Positions 1 through 10,647 are shown, counted from the stretch's first letter. The stretch: DNA of 64,000 nucleotides from Candidatus Binatia bacterium (GCA_965231775.1 OZ246888.1:3648546-3712545); one strand, 5' to 3'. The notes: generated by a model not told the origin, from the letters alone. Made by a program: numbers and translations.

Positions 1-42
1 GGGCTACGCGGAAGAGCGTGAATTCCAGGCAGGCAGGGTGAA

Positions 43-774
43 ATGCCAGAGTCGCTTATATTATCGAATAAACCCACGGCCCGAGAGCCCCGGCATGCGG
101 TGCTGCTGGTCACGCTGCTCTCGCTCTACATCATCAATCCGTTCGTCCAGGAATTCTTTTCGAGCCGTCCGGGTCTGATTCTGCTGGACCTGCTGGTCTC
201 CACAACGCTGTTGGTCGTCACCTATGCTGTGCATCGCAGCAAACGAGTGCTGCTCGTTGCGGCGGTCTTTGCTATTCCGGCCATAGCTGGGCGGTGGGCC
301 TCATACGCGGTCTATAGCGACTGGCTGTCCATCTTCAGCCACTGTTTCGGCTTCCTCTTTCTAGCTTTTACGGCGGGGGCGATTCTCCTCAACGTGCTAC
401 GCCCGACCCGCGTGACGGGAGACATCGTCAACGGCGCGATCTGTGTCTATATGCTGGTCGGCCTGGCCTGGGCCTTCCTATTCTCCCTGCTTGAGGTGCT
501 CCAACCTGGGTCTTTCAACCTGCCCGAGCTCTCGGCCGAGCCTATTGACCTCGCGGCCATGGAGGTCCGTCGCCTGTCCGTCTTCATGTATTACAGTCTG
601 GTCACGCTCACCACGCTCGGATACGGGGATATTACGCCGGTGACTCCGCTGGCGCGGAACCTGGCGGCCTTCGAGGCGGTCATGGGCCAGTTGTATATTG
701 CCATCCTGGTCGCGCGCCTGGTTGGCCTGCACATTGTCCATGCCGCGCGGGGCGATGAAGCGCGAGGATCGTAA
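43..774 (+). CDS. Potassium channel family (ion channel) membrane protein
   Basis: Several hydrophobic helices and the selectivity-filter motif TLTTLGYGD. Confidence 0.9.
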   Translation: MPESLILSNKPTAREPRHAVLLVTLLSLYIINPFVQEFFSSRPGLILLDLLVSTTLLVVTYAVHRSKRVLLVAAVFAIPAIAGRWASYAVYSDWLSIFSHCFGFLFLAFTAGAILLNVLRPTRVTGDIVNGAICVYMLVGLAWAFLFSLLEVLQPGSFNLPELSAEPIDLAAMEVRRLSVFMYYSLVTLTTLGYGDITPVTPLARNLAAFEAVMGQLYIAILVARLVGLHIVHAARGDEARGS

Positions 775-803
775 TCTTTGCTTTACACGGCATAGTGCGT
801 AAC

Positions 804-1631
804 TCAGCCACGCGGTACGAATTTTATGATTGAGGACTTCCAGACCTCAACCACGGGTTGATCGTTTACGATATACACTTGATAAAATTTGACCCACTCG
901 TTTTCTCCGCGTTTCCATTTTTCAATGGGCACACAGCGCAGCTCCACCTCATCACCAACACGGATCAGGCCACGAGTCAGCAGCGTGCTGCCGGTGTGTA
1001 TCCAAAACGGCATCTTGAACTGGTTCTGGACAGCAAAGCTGCCGTGGGCCATCACCAGGCCGGGGTGGACGGGTGGCGTATCGCCCTGCCGGAATATCTC
1101 CAACGCTTCGTTTGTTTTGTCGCAGTACGAGAGATGCTGAGACATGGTGAGCCTCCAGCGAAAGCGACGAAACGGTTTGTTGAGTTCCATGCGCTCCCAG
1201 GTACCCAACTCCCGCTCTCCCTCCCAATCAATAGGCTCCAGCGACGCCAGCGTATCAACCGGCGGAGGGCTGTCAGGAGTATGCGTCCGCATAATAATCA
1301 GCTCCTGGCCCTCTTCATTTTTGGCTCGGACAGAGAAGGCATGCGGCTGATCGCTCTCCGCATCTGGCGTAATGTGAGACGTGACCCAATCCTCGTCAAA
1401 AGCCGGCGATTTGAAGCGCAAATCAAACCAGTGACAGCCCAGCCAGGCTTCGCCATAGCGCTCAATGAGCGGGCGGATCATCTGGCCATACACAATCGCC
1501 CCACCAACGATGGAGCCACGAAAACCAAGCGCCTGAGCGCCTTCTCTGGTGTGCGCCTTATTCTCGCCTTCGTTGATATTGCGCGTCTGAAACCGATACG
1601 GCTCGAATGCTTCTCGTGCGGCTCGGGTCAT
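804..1631 (-). CDS. Double hot-dog (MaoC-like) fold protein
   Basis: N-terminal N-x-x-H..A..LGF-G-IVGG motif, LRFKSP strand and a second VHPG hot-dog unit. Confidence 0.6.
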   Translation of the reverse strand: MTRAAREAFEPYRFQTRNINEGENKAHTREGAQALGFRGSIVGGAIVYGQMIRPLIERYGEAWLGCHWFDLRFKSPAFDEDWVTSHITPDAESDQPHAFSVRAKNEEGQELIIMRTHTPDSPPPVDTLASLEPIDWEGERELGTWERMELNKPFRRFRWRLTMSQHLSYCDKTNEALEIFRQGDTPPVHPGLVMAHGSFAVQNQFKMPFWIHTGSTLLTRGLIRVGDEVELRCVPIEKWKRGENEWVKFYQVYIVNDQPVVEVWKSSIIKFVPRG

Positions 1632-1825
1632 AATACCCCCTTTTCTGCGCCTGGCATGTTACGTCGGATTGCGCTGCAGAAGCAAGATCATCACCCTCCG
1701 CGGTCGCCCCATTCCTCAGAGGAGTTAGCGTCTTCTGACAGCGGTCTTGAGCGCTGGCAGCCTCCAGACGGCTATGTCATAATTCCTGCCATTGCTGACC
1801 GGGAAAACTGGAGGGTGGAATCACG

Positions 1826-3829
1826 ATGCCTGCTGGCGCTGCTGAGCCCGATGTCGTGCCACGTCTCGATGAGGCCATTAACGCCGCAACGGCATGGCTG
1901 TATCGCGACCAGGCGGAGGACGGATACTGGGCTGGAATGCTGGAATCCAACTGCTGCATGGAAGCGCAGTGGCTTCTGGCCATGCACTTCCTGGACTATG
2001 CGCACCCGCACAAGCAGCAGATCGTGCAGACCCTGCTCAACGTCCAGCGCGAGGACGGCTCGTGGGAGATTTACTACGACGCTCCGGATGGGGACATCAA
2101 TACCACGGTTGAATGCTATGCCGCCCTGCGCGCAAATGGCTTTGCCCCGGATGACGAGCGTCTGCGTAAAGCCAGGGAATGGATCTTTGCCCACGGGGGT
2201 CTGAGTGCGGTACGGGTGTTTACCCGCTACTGGTTTGCGCTGATCGGCGAGTGGCCGTGGCAGAAAACGCCCAACCTTCCGCCTGAGGTTATATTCTTCC
2301 CCAAATGGTTTCCGTTCAACATCTATAATTTTGCCTCCTGGGCGCGGGCGACGATTCTGCCCCTGACCGTTCTGTCCGCCCGACACGTGGTCCGCCCCCT
2401 GCCGCCGGACTGTCGTTTGGACGAACTGTTTCCCGAGGGCCGTGAGAATATGAACTACGACCTGCCGGCCCGGAGCGGTGTGTGGCAGTCGTTCTTTTTT
2501 GCGGCGGACAAATTCCTGCACACCTATCAAAATCTTGGGGTTCTGCCCGGTCGGGAGGTCGCCATCCGGCAGAGTGTAGAATGGATTATTCGCCACCAGG
2601 ACGCGGACGGGGCCTGGGGTGGGATTCAGCCGCCGTGGATTTACAGCCTGATGGCCCTTAATGTCGAGGGCTACCAACTATCGCATCCGGTCATGGCCAA
2701 GGGGCTATCCGCCCTTGATGACCATTGGTCCTACGAACGCAACGGCAGCTTGCATATTCAGGCCAGCGAGTCTCCCATTTGGGATACTCTGCTGGCCCTG
2801 CTGGCCCTGACCGACTGCGGGTTTCAGGTGCAGCAGTCAGAGCCCATGCAACAGGCGCTCCGCTGGGTGTTGAGCAAAGAGGTGGATACGGTTGGCGACT
2901 GGCAGATTAAAGTCCCCACCGCCCGTCCAGGCGGCTGGGCTTTTGAGCGTAAAAACGCGGCCTACCCGGACGTGGACGACACCGCGGTGGCCCTGATTGT
3001 GCTGGCCCATTTGCGTGCGCAAAACCCGGGCGACAGCCGTTTTGACGCCCCGATTGACCGCGCAAAAGCCTGGGTGCTGGCCATGCAGTCGGACAACGGC
3101 GGCTGGGGTGCATTTGACAAGAACAATGCTAAAGACCTGCTGACCAAGATTCCGTTCTGCGATTTTGGCGAGGCGCTTGACCCACCCAGCGTCGATGTCA
3201 CCGCACATGTGCTCGAAGCCTTTGGCGTCCTCGGGTATGACGCCTCCCACCCGGCCCTGCGCCGCGCGCTCGATTACGTCCTGGCCGAGCAGGAGCCGGA
3301 AGGCAGTTGGTTCGGCCGCTGGGGGGTCAATCATATCTATGGCACCGCCGCAGTCCTGCCGGCCTTGAGAGCCATAGGCCAAGACATGAGCGCGGCCTAT
3401 GTGCACAAGGCGGGCCAGTGGCTGGCCGAGCATCAAAACGCCGACGGGGGATGGGGCGAGACCTGCGCCTCCTATATGGACGACCGCCTACGCGGCACGG
3501 GGCCAAGCACGGCCTCGCAGACGGCCTGGGCCTTATTGGCCCTGCTGTCCATTGAGGGCCACCGTTTTGACGACGCGATCCACACCGGGCTCGACTATCT
3601 GCTCCGCACCCAACAGGACGGCACCTGGGATGAGCCCTATTACACCGGCACCGGCTTTCCCGGCTACGGCACGGGCGCGCGCGCAAACCTGCACGTTCAG
3701 GAGATGAAAAGACGCTTCATGCAGGGCACCGAACTCCAGCGCGGGTTTATGATCAACTACAATCTGTACCGACACTATTTTCCACTCATGGCGCTGGGAA
3801 GAGCCCGGACGTATTTTGCCGGATCGTAG
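1826..3829 (+). CDS. shc: Squalene-hopene cyclase
   Basis: Catalytic PDVDDTAV (DxDD), repeated QW motifs (QxxDGxW), GTGFP and YRHYFPLMALGR C-terminus; 667 aa. Confidence 0.97.
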   Translation: MPAGAAEPDVVPRLDEAINAATAWLYRDQAEDGYWAGMLESNCCMEAQWLLAMHFLDYAHPHKQQIVQTLLNVQREDGSWEIYYDAPDGDINTTVECYAALRANGFAPDDERLRKAREWIFAHGGLSAVRVFTRYWFALIGEWPWQKTPNLPPEVIFFPKWFPFNIYNFASWARATILPLTVLSARHVVRPLPPDCRLDELFPEGRENMNYDLPARSGVWQSFFFAADKFLHTYQNLGVLPGREVAIRQSVEWIIRHQDADGAWGGIQPPWIYSLMALNVEGYQLSHPVMAKGLSALDDHWSYERNGSLHIQASESPIWDTLLALLALTDCGFQVQQSEPMQQALRWVLSKEVDTVGDWQIKVPTARPGGWAFERKNAAYPDVDDTAVALIVLAHLRAQNPGDSRFDAPIDRAKAWVLAMQSDNGGWGAFDKNNAKDLLTKIPFCDFGEALDPPSVDVTAHVLEAFGVLGYDASHPALRRALDYVLAEQEPEGSWFGRWGVNHIYGTAAVLPALRAIGQDMSAAYVHKAGQWLAEHQNADGGWGETCASYMDDRLRGTGPSTASQTAWALLALLSIEGHRFDDAIHTGLDYLLRTQQDGTWDEPYYTGTGFPGYGTGARANLHVQEMKRRFMQGTELQRGFMINYNLYRHYFPLMALGRARTYFAGS

Positions 3830-3855
3830 GGACGGAGAAAACGAAACAAATAAGC

Positions 3856-4281
3856 CTATGCGTTTGTGTGAGCCTGACTTTCCGTCAAGACAAAATCCTT
3901 GTCGGGAGCAACCGCATGAAGCAGCTCGTTCAGCTTCTCTACGGTCGGAACCGAGGAGCCCCGTTCGTAGCGTGCATAGGTTTTTTAGAGCTGACGCCGA
4001 GGCGTTTTGCGACTTGCGCTAACGACAGTCTACTCAGTTCCCGCTGCCGCTGAAGGAGTAAGCTGATCATGGTTCGGGTGTCTGAGGAACTCACCTCAAA
4101 GGTGCCGTTTTTTCCCGCGTGCACGGTTACGGAAAATCCGTCTTGGTCGGCCAAGGCCTCGACTAAATCTGCGACCATCTCGAACGTTTCCTTGCGTGTA
4201 TGTCCTTGAGTCATGGCATCAAGGAGGGGGATTTCTGCGAGCCAGAACCCCGGCTTTATACATTCTTCCCGCAAATCGCAC
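3856..4281 (-). pseudogene. HicB-like antitoxin with C-terminal HTH, two frameshifts
   Basis: Three frames give VRFAGRMYKAG / FWLAEIPLLDAMTQG..LAQVAKRLGVSSK / TYARYERGSSVPTVEKLNELL; shifts fall at the C4 run 4248-4251 and T6 run 3981-3986. Confidence 0.75.
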
Positions 4282-4289
4282 GCTTACCC

Positions 4290-5207
4290 CTACAACGCCT
4301 TTACATCGGCGTACTCGCCGACTTCAATCCCGAACGATTCGGCTTGCTGGAGCAATTCCAGGGCGTTGCGGACGTGGGCATAGTCGATCATCATGCCGTC
4401 ATAGGTGACTGCCGCTTTGCCCGCTTTTTCGGCGTCCGCCATGGCCTGCATCACACCCTTATTCCACTCAATCTCTTCTGGAGAGGGCGAAAAAATCTCG
4501 TTGGCAATGGGCACGGCAGACGGATGGATCAGCAGGCAGCCGCGAAAGCCCACCTCTCGCCCGCGCTGGATTTGCGACCGCACCAGCTCGATATCCCCGA
4601 CTTCGAGCGAGCCGCCACCAATCGGATATTCGATGCCCGCAGCCCGCGCGGCCAGGAGAATATGCGAGGCCATATACAGCGTTTCCAGGCCCTGGCGCGT
4701 CCACTTATAGCCGACGGCCCTGGTCACGTCCCCGGACCGGGCACCAACGCCACCGATGATATTCCCGACCCGCGGACAGGCCGTGGCCAGTTTATAGGCG
4801 TCCATGATGCCGCGTGCGGTTTCAGGCAGGGCCATGATCTCGACTGTGCCAATAGGCAGGCCGGCCTTGCGTTCAAACAACTCCAGCCAGGCATCGACCT
4901 TGAGGACCTCCTCGACCGTCTCCAGCTTGGGCACGGCCACCGCGTCGAGCCCTGCCGTCACAATGGCTTCGATGTCCTCGCCGGTCAGACCGGTATCCAC
5001 ACCGTTGAGACGCACAAAGACACCCACACCTCTGCCGCGCAAACGTTCGATCCCCGCACGTACGATCTGCCGCGTTTCCGTCTTTTCGGCAATCGGCACT
5101 GCGTCTTCGAGGTCCAGCAGCAGCGCATCCGGGCCATATTTGGGCGCCTTGTCTATCCAGTCGGGCCGATTCCCCGGAACAAACATGGTCGAACGGTAGA
5201 GTTTCAT
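4290..5207 (-). CDS. CitE/HpcH-like CoA-ester lyase (citrate lyase beta family)
   Basis: RSTMFVPG, LDLEDAV, FVRLN, PETARG, IHPS and GMMIDYAH motifs. Confidence 0.9.
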   Translation of the reverse strand: MKLYRSTMFVPGNRPDWIDKAPKYGPDALLLDLEDAVPIAEKTETRQIVRAGIERLRGRGVGVFVRLNGVDTGLTGEDIEAIVTAGLDAVAVPKLETVEEVLKVDAWLELFERKAGLPIGTVEIMALPETARGIMDAYKLATACPRVGNIIGGVGARSGDVTRAVGYKWTRQGLETLYMASHILLAARAAGIEYPIGGGSLEVGDIELVRSQIQRGREVGFRGCLLIHPSAVPIANEIFSPSPEEIEWNKGVMQAMADAEKAGKAAVTYDGMMIDYAHVRNALELLQQAESFGIEVGEYADVKAL

Positions 5208-5379
5208 TATCCCGCCTCCTTATTCTCTCCGGTGCACTATTTCTCTTTTGAGACCTTTTCCGTGAGAATCGCCAAGAATACAAGAGGTGGTCACATATGG
5301 CAAAGCCGGGACTGAGGCTGGTAGAGTGTGGCACCGAACACACAGATTCGCTCAGACCGCCATACGGAAGGGGACAGCC

Positions 5380-6570
5380 ATGCATCAGTTCCATACACCA
5401 CGCGAGCAACGATTTATCGACCTTGCGGCATCACTGGCCGATGACTTTGCCCAACGTGCGGCCCAGCATGATGAGGAGGGATCTTTTCCGTACGAAAACT
5501 ACGCTCGTCTCAAGGAGAGCGGCTACACCATCATGACTATCCCCGAAGAGCTGGGAGGAGGTGGCGCGAGTCTGTTGGAACGGATCAAGGCCCAGGAACG
5601 TCTAGGCCAAGGCTGTGCGCCGACTGCCCTGGCTATTAACATGCACTTTAATGTTATTGGCCTGCTGGTCGATTTATGGCGCAGGTTCCACGATTCCAAA
5701 CGGGCCGATATCCTGCGGGGCATTGCCCGTGAGCGGTTGATCTGCGGGGGTTCGGCGTCTGAGCCGGATAATGCCATTCCTGTTTTACGACCTCGGGCTG
5801 TTGCGGAACGGGTAGACGGTGGCTGGCAGGTCAGTGGCCGGAAAATCTTCAGTACCCAGAGTATTGCGCTGGACCGCTATTTCAGCGAAGCGTTGTGGCA
5901 AGACGGTCCTGAAGGGGAAACCATTATCTCCTTCCTCATCCTGCCTGACACGCCGGGTCTTCTCTTCAAGGACGACTGGCATACCCTGGGGATGCGCGCA
6001 ACGGCGTCACGGAGTACCACCCTCACCCAGGCATTTGTTCCGGAGTCGGCCGTGACACTGCAACGGCCAGCTTTTACCCGCGGCGGCATTACGAATCTTT
6101 TTCTCAGAGCACCGTTTACAATTGCCGCGCCCTACCTCGGCATTGCCGTTGCCGCGCGAGATTTCGTGGTCGAATTCATGCGGGACCGTCCGCGCTTTCC
6201 GCTCAAAACCCCCATGAGCCATCTGCCCAGCGTGTATAACAAGGTCGGAGAGATGGACCTGCTGATCGAGAGCGCCCGCGCCATAGTGTGGAAGGCCGCA
6301 GCCGAGGCGGACGTCGAGGACCCGCAGACGTGGGTACGCAAAAGCGTAGCGGCGCGCACCGTTGCGATGGAGAATGCGGTCCGGGTAGTCGATCTGGCCT
6401 TACGAGCTGTTGGGGGAGCCTCGTATTTTAAGCGTTTCCCTTTGGAGCGGTATTACCGCGACGTACGGGCCGCCCTGTTTCATCCCGTTAGTACAGACCA
6501 GACCTTAGAGCTGCTGGGCAAGACGGCCTTTGGCATCCCGCTGATGGATGACGACGCGATTTGGGCCTGA
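5380..6570 (+). CDS. Acyl-CoA dehydrogenase family protein
   Basis: IPEELGGGG, SEP, GRKIFST, WHTLGMRATAS and LERYYRD motifs; start placed at the ATG after a GGGA RBS. Confidence 0.88.
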   Translation: MHQFHTPREQRFIDLAASLADDFAQRAAQHDEEGSFPYENYARLKESGYTIMTIPEELGGGGASLLERIKAQERLGQGCAPTALAINMHFNVIGLLVDLWRRFHDSKRADILRGIARERLICGGSASEPDNAIPVLRPRAVAERVDGGWQVSGRKIFSTQSIALDRYFSEALWQDGPEGETIISFLILPDTPGLLFKDDWHTLGMRATASRSTTLTQAFVPESAVTLQRPAFTRGGITNLFLRAPFTIAAPYLGIAVAARDFVVEFMRDRPRFPLKTPMSHLPSVYNKVGEMDLLIESARAIVWKAAAEADVEDPQTWVRKSVAARTVAMENAVRVVDLALRAVGGASYFKRFPLERYYRDVRAALFHPVSTDQTLELLGKTAFGIPLMDDDAIWA

Positions 6571-6599
6571 ACGCCTATAGAGACAGCTTCGGACGCTGG

Positions 6600-6998
6600 C
6601 TATGACTGCCACAAGTCAGCCACCAGCGCCGTATCAATATAGGCTGTGCCTTCTCGCACTTTGCCGTCCGCGACCCGCATCACCCAACAATAGCTGTTGT
6701 TATAGGGTGTACCGGCTTTGGTCGTGGCCTTGCCCTCCCACTGCAGGACGACATTGTCTCCTTCGGCAATGATATCCACCACCGTCGGCTGAATGGGCCC
6801 GGCCAGCTTGGCGTTCAGCGGCTTGGCCGCCCCGTCCAGGAATGCCTGACGGCTGGTGTAGGCCCGCGAGACGGGACCGGAGCCGATGACCGTCCATTGA
6901 ACATCCTCGGCTAGAATATTGAAGAATGCCGCACCGTCGCCGTCGGCCCAGGCATCAAAGGCAGCCTGGATCAGCTTTTTGTTTTCGGCAGCCCCCAT
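6600..6998 (-). CDS. SnoaL/NTF2-like (ketosteroid isomerase-like) protein
   Basis: LAEDVQW, IIAEGDNVV, YNNSYCW and YIDT pattern; AGGAG RBS. Confidence 0.85.
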   Translation of the reverse strand: MGAAENKKLIQAAFDAWADGDGAAFFNILAEDVQWTVIGSGPVSRAYTSRQAFLDGAAKPLNAKLAGPIQPTVVDIIAEGDNVVLQWEGKATTKAGTPYNNSYCWVMRVADGKVREGTAYIDTALVADLWQS

Positions 6999-7013
6999 AC
7001 GCTCCTCCTTTTC

Positions 7014-7670
7014 TCACGCCGTCTGCTTATTCTCCCAGGCATCCCAATGGATGACGTCTTCGACCGGCGCTCGGGAGACCGGTCCGAAATTGCCCTGCGG
7101 ATAACCCATCGGAATCAGCGCCGAGACTTCCATGTCCTCCGGGATATCGAAGCGCTGCTTCAGCTCTGCTTCAAAGAAACAATGGATGGTCGTCAGCGTG
7201 GCTCCAACCCCCAGGGCGCGGCAGGCGAGTAGAATGTTCTGGACCGCCGGATAGATCGTGCCGTGGATGACCGCAGCGTTAGCGCGCTCATTCTGCATGG
7301 CGGCCAGCGGCGGATATTCCGTTTTCGCGCAGGCCAGCAGCAGCACCGGCGCTTCGTCCAGATGCGCTGCCAAATGGGCAGCCGCGCCAAGCATACGTTG
7401 CTGAGGTGGTGGCATATCGTCCGGGATACCGCGCTCGCCCATGAGCTTTTGCCAGGTATTCCAGTAATAGTCGCGGATAAAACGTTTCCGCTCTGTCTCG
7501 CGGACCAGGATAAACGCCCAGTCCTGCATATTGCCGCCGCTGGGCGCCCGGATACCGGCGTCAACAATTTTCTTGAGGGTCTCTTCCGGAATGGGGTCGG
7601 GTTTGAGTCGCCGCATCGCGCGGGTCGAGTACATGATTTCAAAAATTCCGGCTTCTGCTGCTTCTGCCAT
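7014..7670 (-). CDS. Nitroreductase family protein
   Basis: RAMRR, APSGGNMQDW, QNILLACRALGVG and IPMGYP motifs. Confidence 0.9.
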   Translation of the reverse strand: MAEAAEAGIFEIMYSTRAMRRLKPDPIPEETLKKIVDAGIRAPSGGNMQDWAFILVRETERKRFIRDYYWNTWQKLMGERGIPDDMPPPQQRMLGAAAHLAAHLDEAPVLLLACAKTEYPPLAAMQNERANAAVIHGTIYPAVQNILLACRALGVGATLTTIHCFFEAELKQRFDIPEDMEVSALIPMGYPQGNFGPVSRAPVEDVIHWDAWENKQTA

Positions 7671-7737
7671 TACGCTCTCCTCTCTACGTTTCCTGAAGGA
7701 CACCCCGCTCAGATGGGGTGCATCCCCGCCTCCATCG

Positions 7738-8855
7738 CTAGGCACTCAAACCGTACAGACTCGCCGCATTGCCGGCTACCATCTTATAGGCTTCGTCTTC
7801 AGGCACGCCGAGCAAGTCTTTCATGATCTGCTCCTGAGAATACGGAAACGTGCCCTCGGTGTGCGGATAATCAGACCCCCACATCAAACGATCAACGCCA
7901 ACGAGTTCCCGCGTCAGGATGCCCGCCCGGTCATCCTCAAACGTGGCCCAGAACTGGCGCTGAAAATAAAAGCTGGGCGCTGCATCGACCCGCGGTTCCA
8001 TCCAGTGCCGGTGGTCGGCCCACCAGTGGTCCATGCTGCGCAGCACCGAGGCGATCCAGCCAATGCCGCCCTCGGCCAGGACAAAGCGCAGCCTGGGATA
8101 GCGCTGCGGGATAGCGGCCCAGATGATATCGGCCATGGCCCGCTCCATGGCGCAAATCTTGGTGTCCACAAAGGCTTTGCCAACTCCCATCCGGTCCGCC
8201 TTCATATAGAAGGGCTCATCCGTGCCGACGTGTATCGAAATCGGGAGACCAATATCCTGGAGCACCTCCCATAAGGGATCGTATTCGGTCGACCGATAGG
8301 GTCGAGCGGCAATCTCAGCCGGAATCGAAACCGACCGGAGACCCTTTTGGGCAATGCGCTCAGCCTCCTCAATCCCCCATTCAAGAGGCCCGCGCAGGGG
8401 CAGCAGGCCAACACCCAGGAAGCGCTCCGGGGCGGCCGCGCAGAACTCGCTCAGCCAGTCGTTATACACCCGAAAACACTCGCGTTGGTATGCGGCATCC
8501 GGCGCAGCGCTCAGAAAGAGCCCCACTCCAGGGTACATGACCTCAGCCCGCAGGTGGTCCATCTCCTGGTCGGTCAAGCGGGCCTGCGGGTCCCACGCCC
8601 CAGGCCGCGTGTCCGCATGCCGGCGGCCCTGCGGCGAGATGATCTCCCCCGCAATCTTTCTTCCATCGAGACGCCTTCGAGCCCCACGGGTAAGGGTTCC
8701 AGCCCGTCTATGATGTAAAAGTCGGCTTCCGGTTTGGACTCTACGCGCGGCGCCCGGTCACGAAAGCGCTTATCCATCCGGGTTGTCCATAAGTCTGCGG
8801 GCTCGACCACATGGCCGTCAGCAGACACATATCCACCAGTGACATTTATTTCCAT
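7738..8855 (-). pseudogene. Amidohydrolase family protein, frameshifted paralog of 8886-10031
   Basis: ORFs 8574-8855 and 7738-8577 join into one paralog if one base is restored at ~8657-8659 (MEE[K]IAGEI..RPGAWDPQAR). Confidence 0.8.
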
Positions 8856-8885
8856 GCGTATTCCCTCCTTCGTTCAGATAACCGC

Positions 8886-10031
8886 TCAACTCCTGCGTAT
8901 GGGTTGCTCTCCCTCAATCCCATACAGGCCAGCCGCATTACTGACCACCATTTGATGCACTTCCGACTCGGGCACACCTGCGAAGTCCTGCGTGATTTGC
9001 TGCTGAGAATGGGGGAAGGTTCCCTCGGTGTGCGGATAGTCCGAGCCCCACATCAGCCGGTCCGTCCCCAACAGTTCCCGCGTCAGAATGCCCGCCCGGT
9101 CATCCTCAAACGTGGCCCAGAACTGGCGCTTGAAATACGTACTCGGCGCTTCGTCCAGCCGCGGCTCCATCCAGCGATGATGGTCGACCCACCAGTGGTC
9201 CATCAGCCGCAGGAGGGCGGCAATCCAGCCGATGCCGCCCTCGACAATCACAAACCTGAGTTTGGGATAACGGCGCGGCACGGCTCCCCAGATGAGGTCA
9301 GCCAAGGCGTGCATGGGCAGGGAAATCTTGGTGTCCACCACCCCCATGCCCATGCCCAAGCGCTCAAACCTTGTAGCAAAAGGCTCACCCGTGCTCGTCC
9401 CGGAATGGATGGACACCGGTAGGCCAATATCCTGGAGGACTTCCCACAGGGGATCGAATTCCGCGTGCCGGTACGATAAGCCCGCGACCTCAGCCGGAAT
9501 CGAAATCGAACGCAGACCCGGCTTGCGGGCGATGCGTTGCGCCTCTTCAATCGCCCACTCCATAGGGCCTTTCATGGGTAAAAATCCAGCCCCGATGAGC
9601 CGCTCCGGGGCCGCGGCGCAGAACTCGCTCAGCCAGTCATTGTACACCCGCCAGCACGCCCGTTGGTAGGCAACATCGGGCGCGGTCCAGAACTGCAAAC
9701 CAAAAAGACCGGGATAAATCACCTCGGCCGTGAGGTGGTCCATATCCTGATCGGCCAGACGGGCGTGAGGGTCCCAGGCACCGGGACGGGTTTCGCCGTG
9801 CCGATGGCCGACCACGGTAGTAATCTCGCCGGCAATCTTGTCTTCCATGGTTGCGCCTTCGAGCCCGACCGGAAAGGGAGACAGACCGTCAATGATGTAG
9901 TAATCGGCCTCCGGGCGTGACTCGACCCGTGGCGCCCGGTCACGAAACCGCTTCTCCATTCTGGTTGTCCACAGGTCCGCGGGTTCCACCACATGGCCGT
10001 CGGCGGACACATAGCTCCCCGTCGTTGTCAT
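8886..10031 (-). CDS. Amidohydrolase_2 family metal-dependent hydrolase
   Basis: SADGHVVEP, VEGGIGW and WGSDYPH motifs; GGAGG RBS before MTTTG. Confidence 0.9.
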   Translation of the reverse strand: MTTTGSYVSADGHVVEPADLWTTRMEKRFRDRAPRVESRPEADYYIIDGLSPFPVGLEGATMEDKIAGEITTVVGHRHGETRPGAWDPHARLADQDMDHLTAEVIYPGLFGLQFWTAPDVAYQRACWRVYNDWLSEFCAAAPERLIGAGFLPMKGPMEWAIEEAQRIARKPGLRSISIPAEVAGLSYRHAEFDPLWEVLQDIGLPVSIHSGTSTGEPFATRFERLGMGMGVVDTKISLPMHALADLIWGAVPRRYPKLRFVIVEGGIGWIAALLRLMDHWWVDHHRWMEPRLDEAPSTYFKRQFWATFEDDRAGILTRELLGTDRLMWGSDYPHTEGTFPHSQQQITQDFAGVPESEVHQMVVSNAAGLYGIEGEQPIRRS

Positions 10032-10163
10032 ACCGCCCTCCTCCATAGTGCACTGGGCATACCGTGGGGCTTTGTCCTGTGTCAACCTTAGCCTTCGATA
10101 CAAGCTTTACGGTATTGGGATAGCCGTGGTATGGGGGCGTATAGAGAGCGAGGAGGACCTGCC

Positions 10164-10616
10164 ATGATTCGCCCCAAAAAAGTCGGCCATGTCGTGCTCA
10201 AAGCGTGTGACCTCGTCCGCGCCGAGCAGTTTTATACCGAGGTGCTGGGCTTTGAGGTGGTCACCCGGCTCAAACGGCCACGGGGCGTGTTCTTCAGCCT
10301 GGGTGAGCAACATCACGACCTGGCCGTCCTGGAAGTGCCGCCGGAAGCCGAGCCGGTAAAAAACAAGCAGGTCGGCCTGCACCACGTCGCCCTCCAGGTC
10401 GAGAACTTTGACGAGTTAAAAGAGGGCTATCAGACGCTCAAAGCCCACGACGTGAAGATCACCGCCACGATTGACCACGGCATCACCAAGAGCATCTATT
10501 TTCTTGATCCCGAAGGCAATCAGTTCGAGTTGTACTACGATGTTGGCGCGGATGGTCTGGAGCGCATGCGGCGCGGAGATGCCAACGCCCTCGACCCACT
10601 GGACCTTGAAGCGTAG
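10164..10616 (+). CDS. VOC/glyoxalase family protein (catechol dioxygenase-like)
   Basis: GHVVL, FYTEVLG, HHDLA, GLHHVA and SIYFLDPEGNQFEL; GAGGAGG RBS. Confidence 0.9.
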   Translation: MIRPKKVGHVVLKACDLVRAEQFYTEVLGFEVVTRLKRPRGVFFSLGEQHHDLAVLEVPPEAEPVKNKQVGLHHVALQVENFDELKEGYQTLKAHDVKITATIDHGITKSIYFLDPEGNQFELYYDVGADGLERMRRGDANALDPLDLEA

Positions 10617-10647
10617 GGGCGAAAACAAGAGCGCGCCGTGCCCGTAC
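10613..10647. repeat. Degenerate GTAG-type REP-like palindrome at the left edge of the BREX island
   Basis: GTAGGGGC..GCGCGCCGTGCCCGTAC; its GTAG contains the stop codon of the VOC gene. Confidence 0.45.

Noticed and set aside
858-2204. 448-aa plus-strand ORF
   Set aside because: Antisense and off-frame shadow of the hot-dog gene and shc; no motifs.
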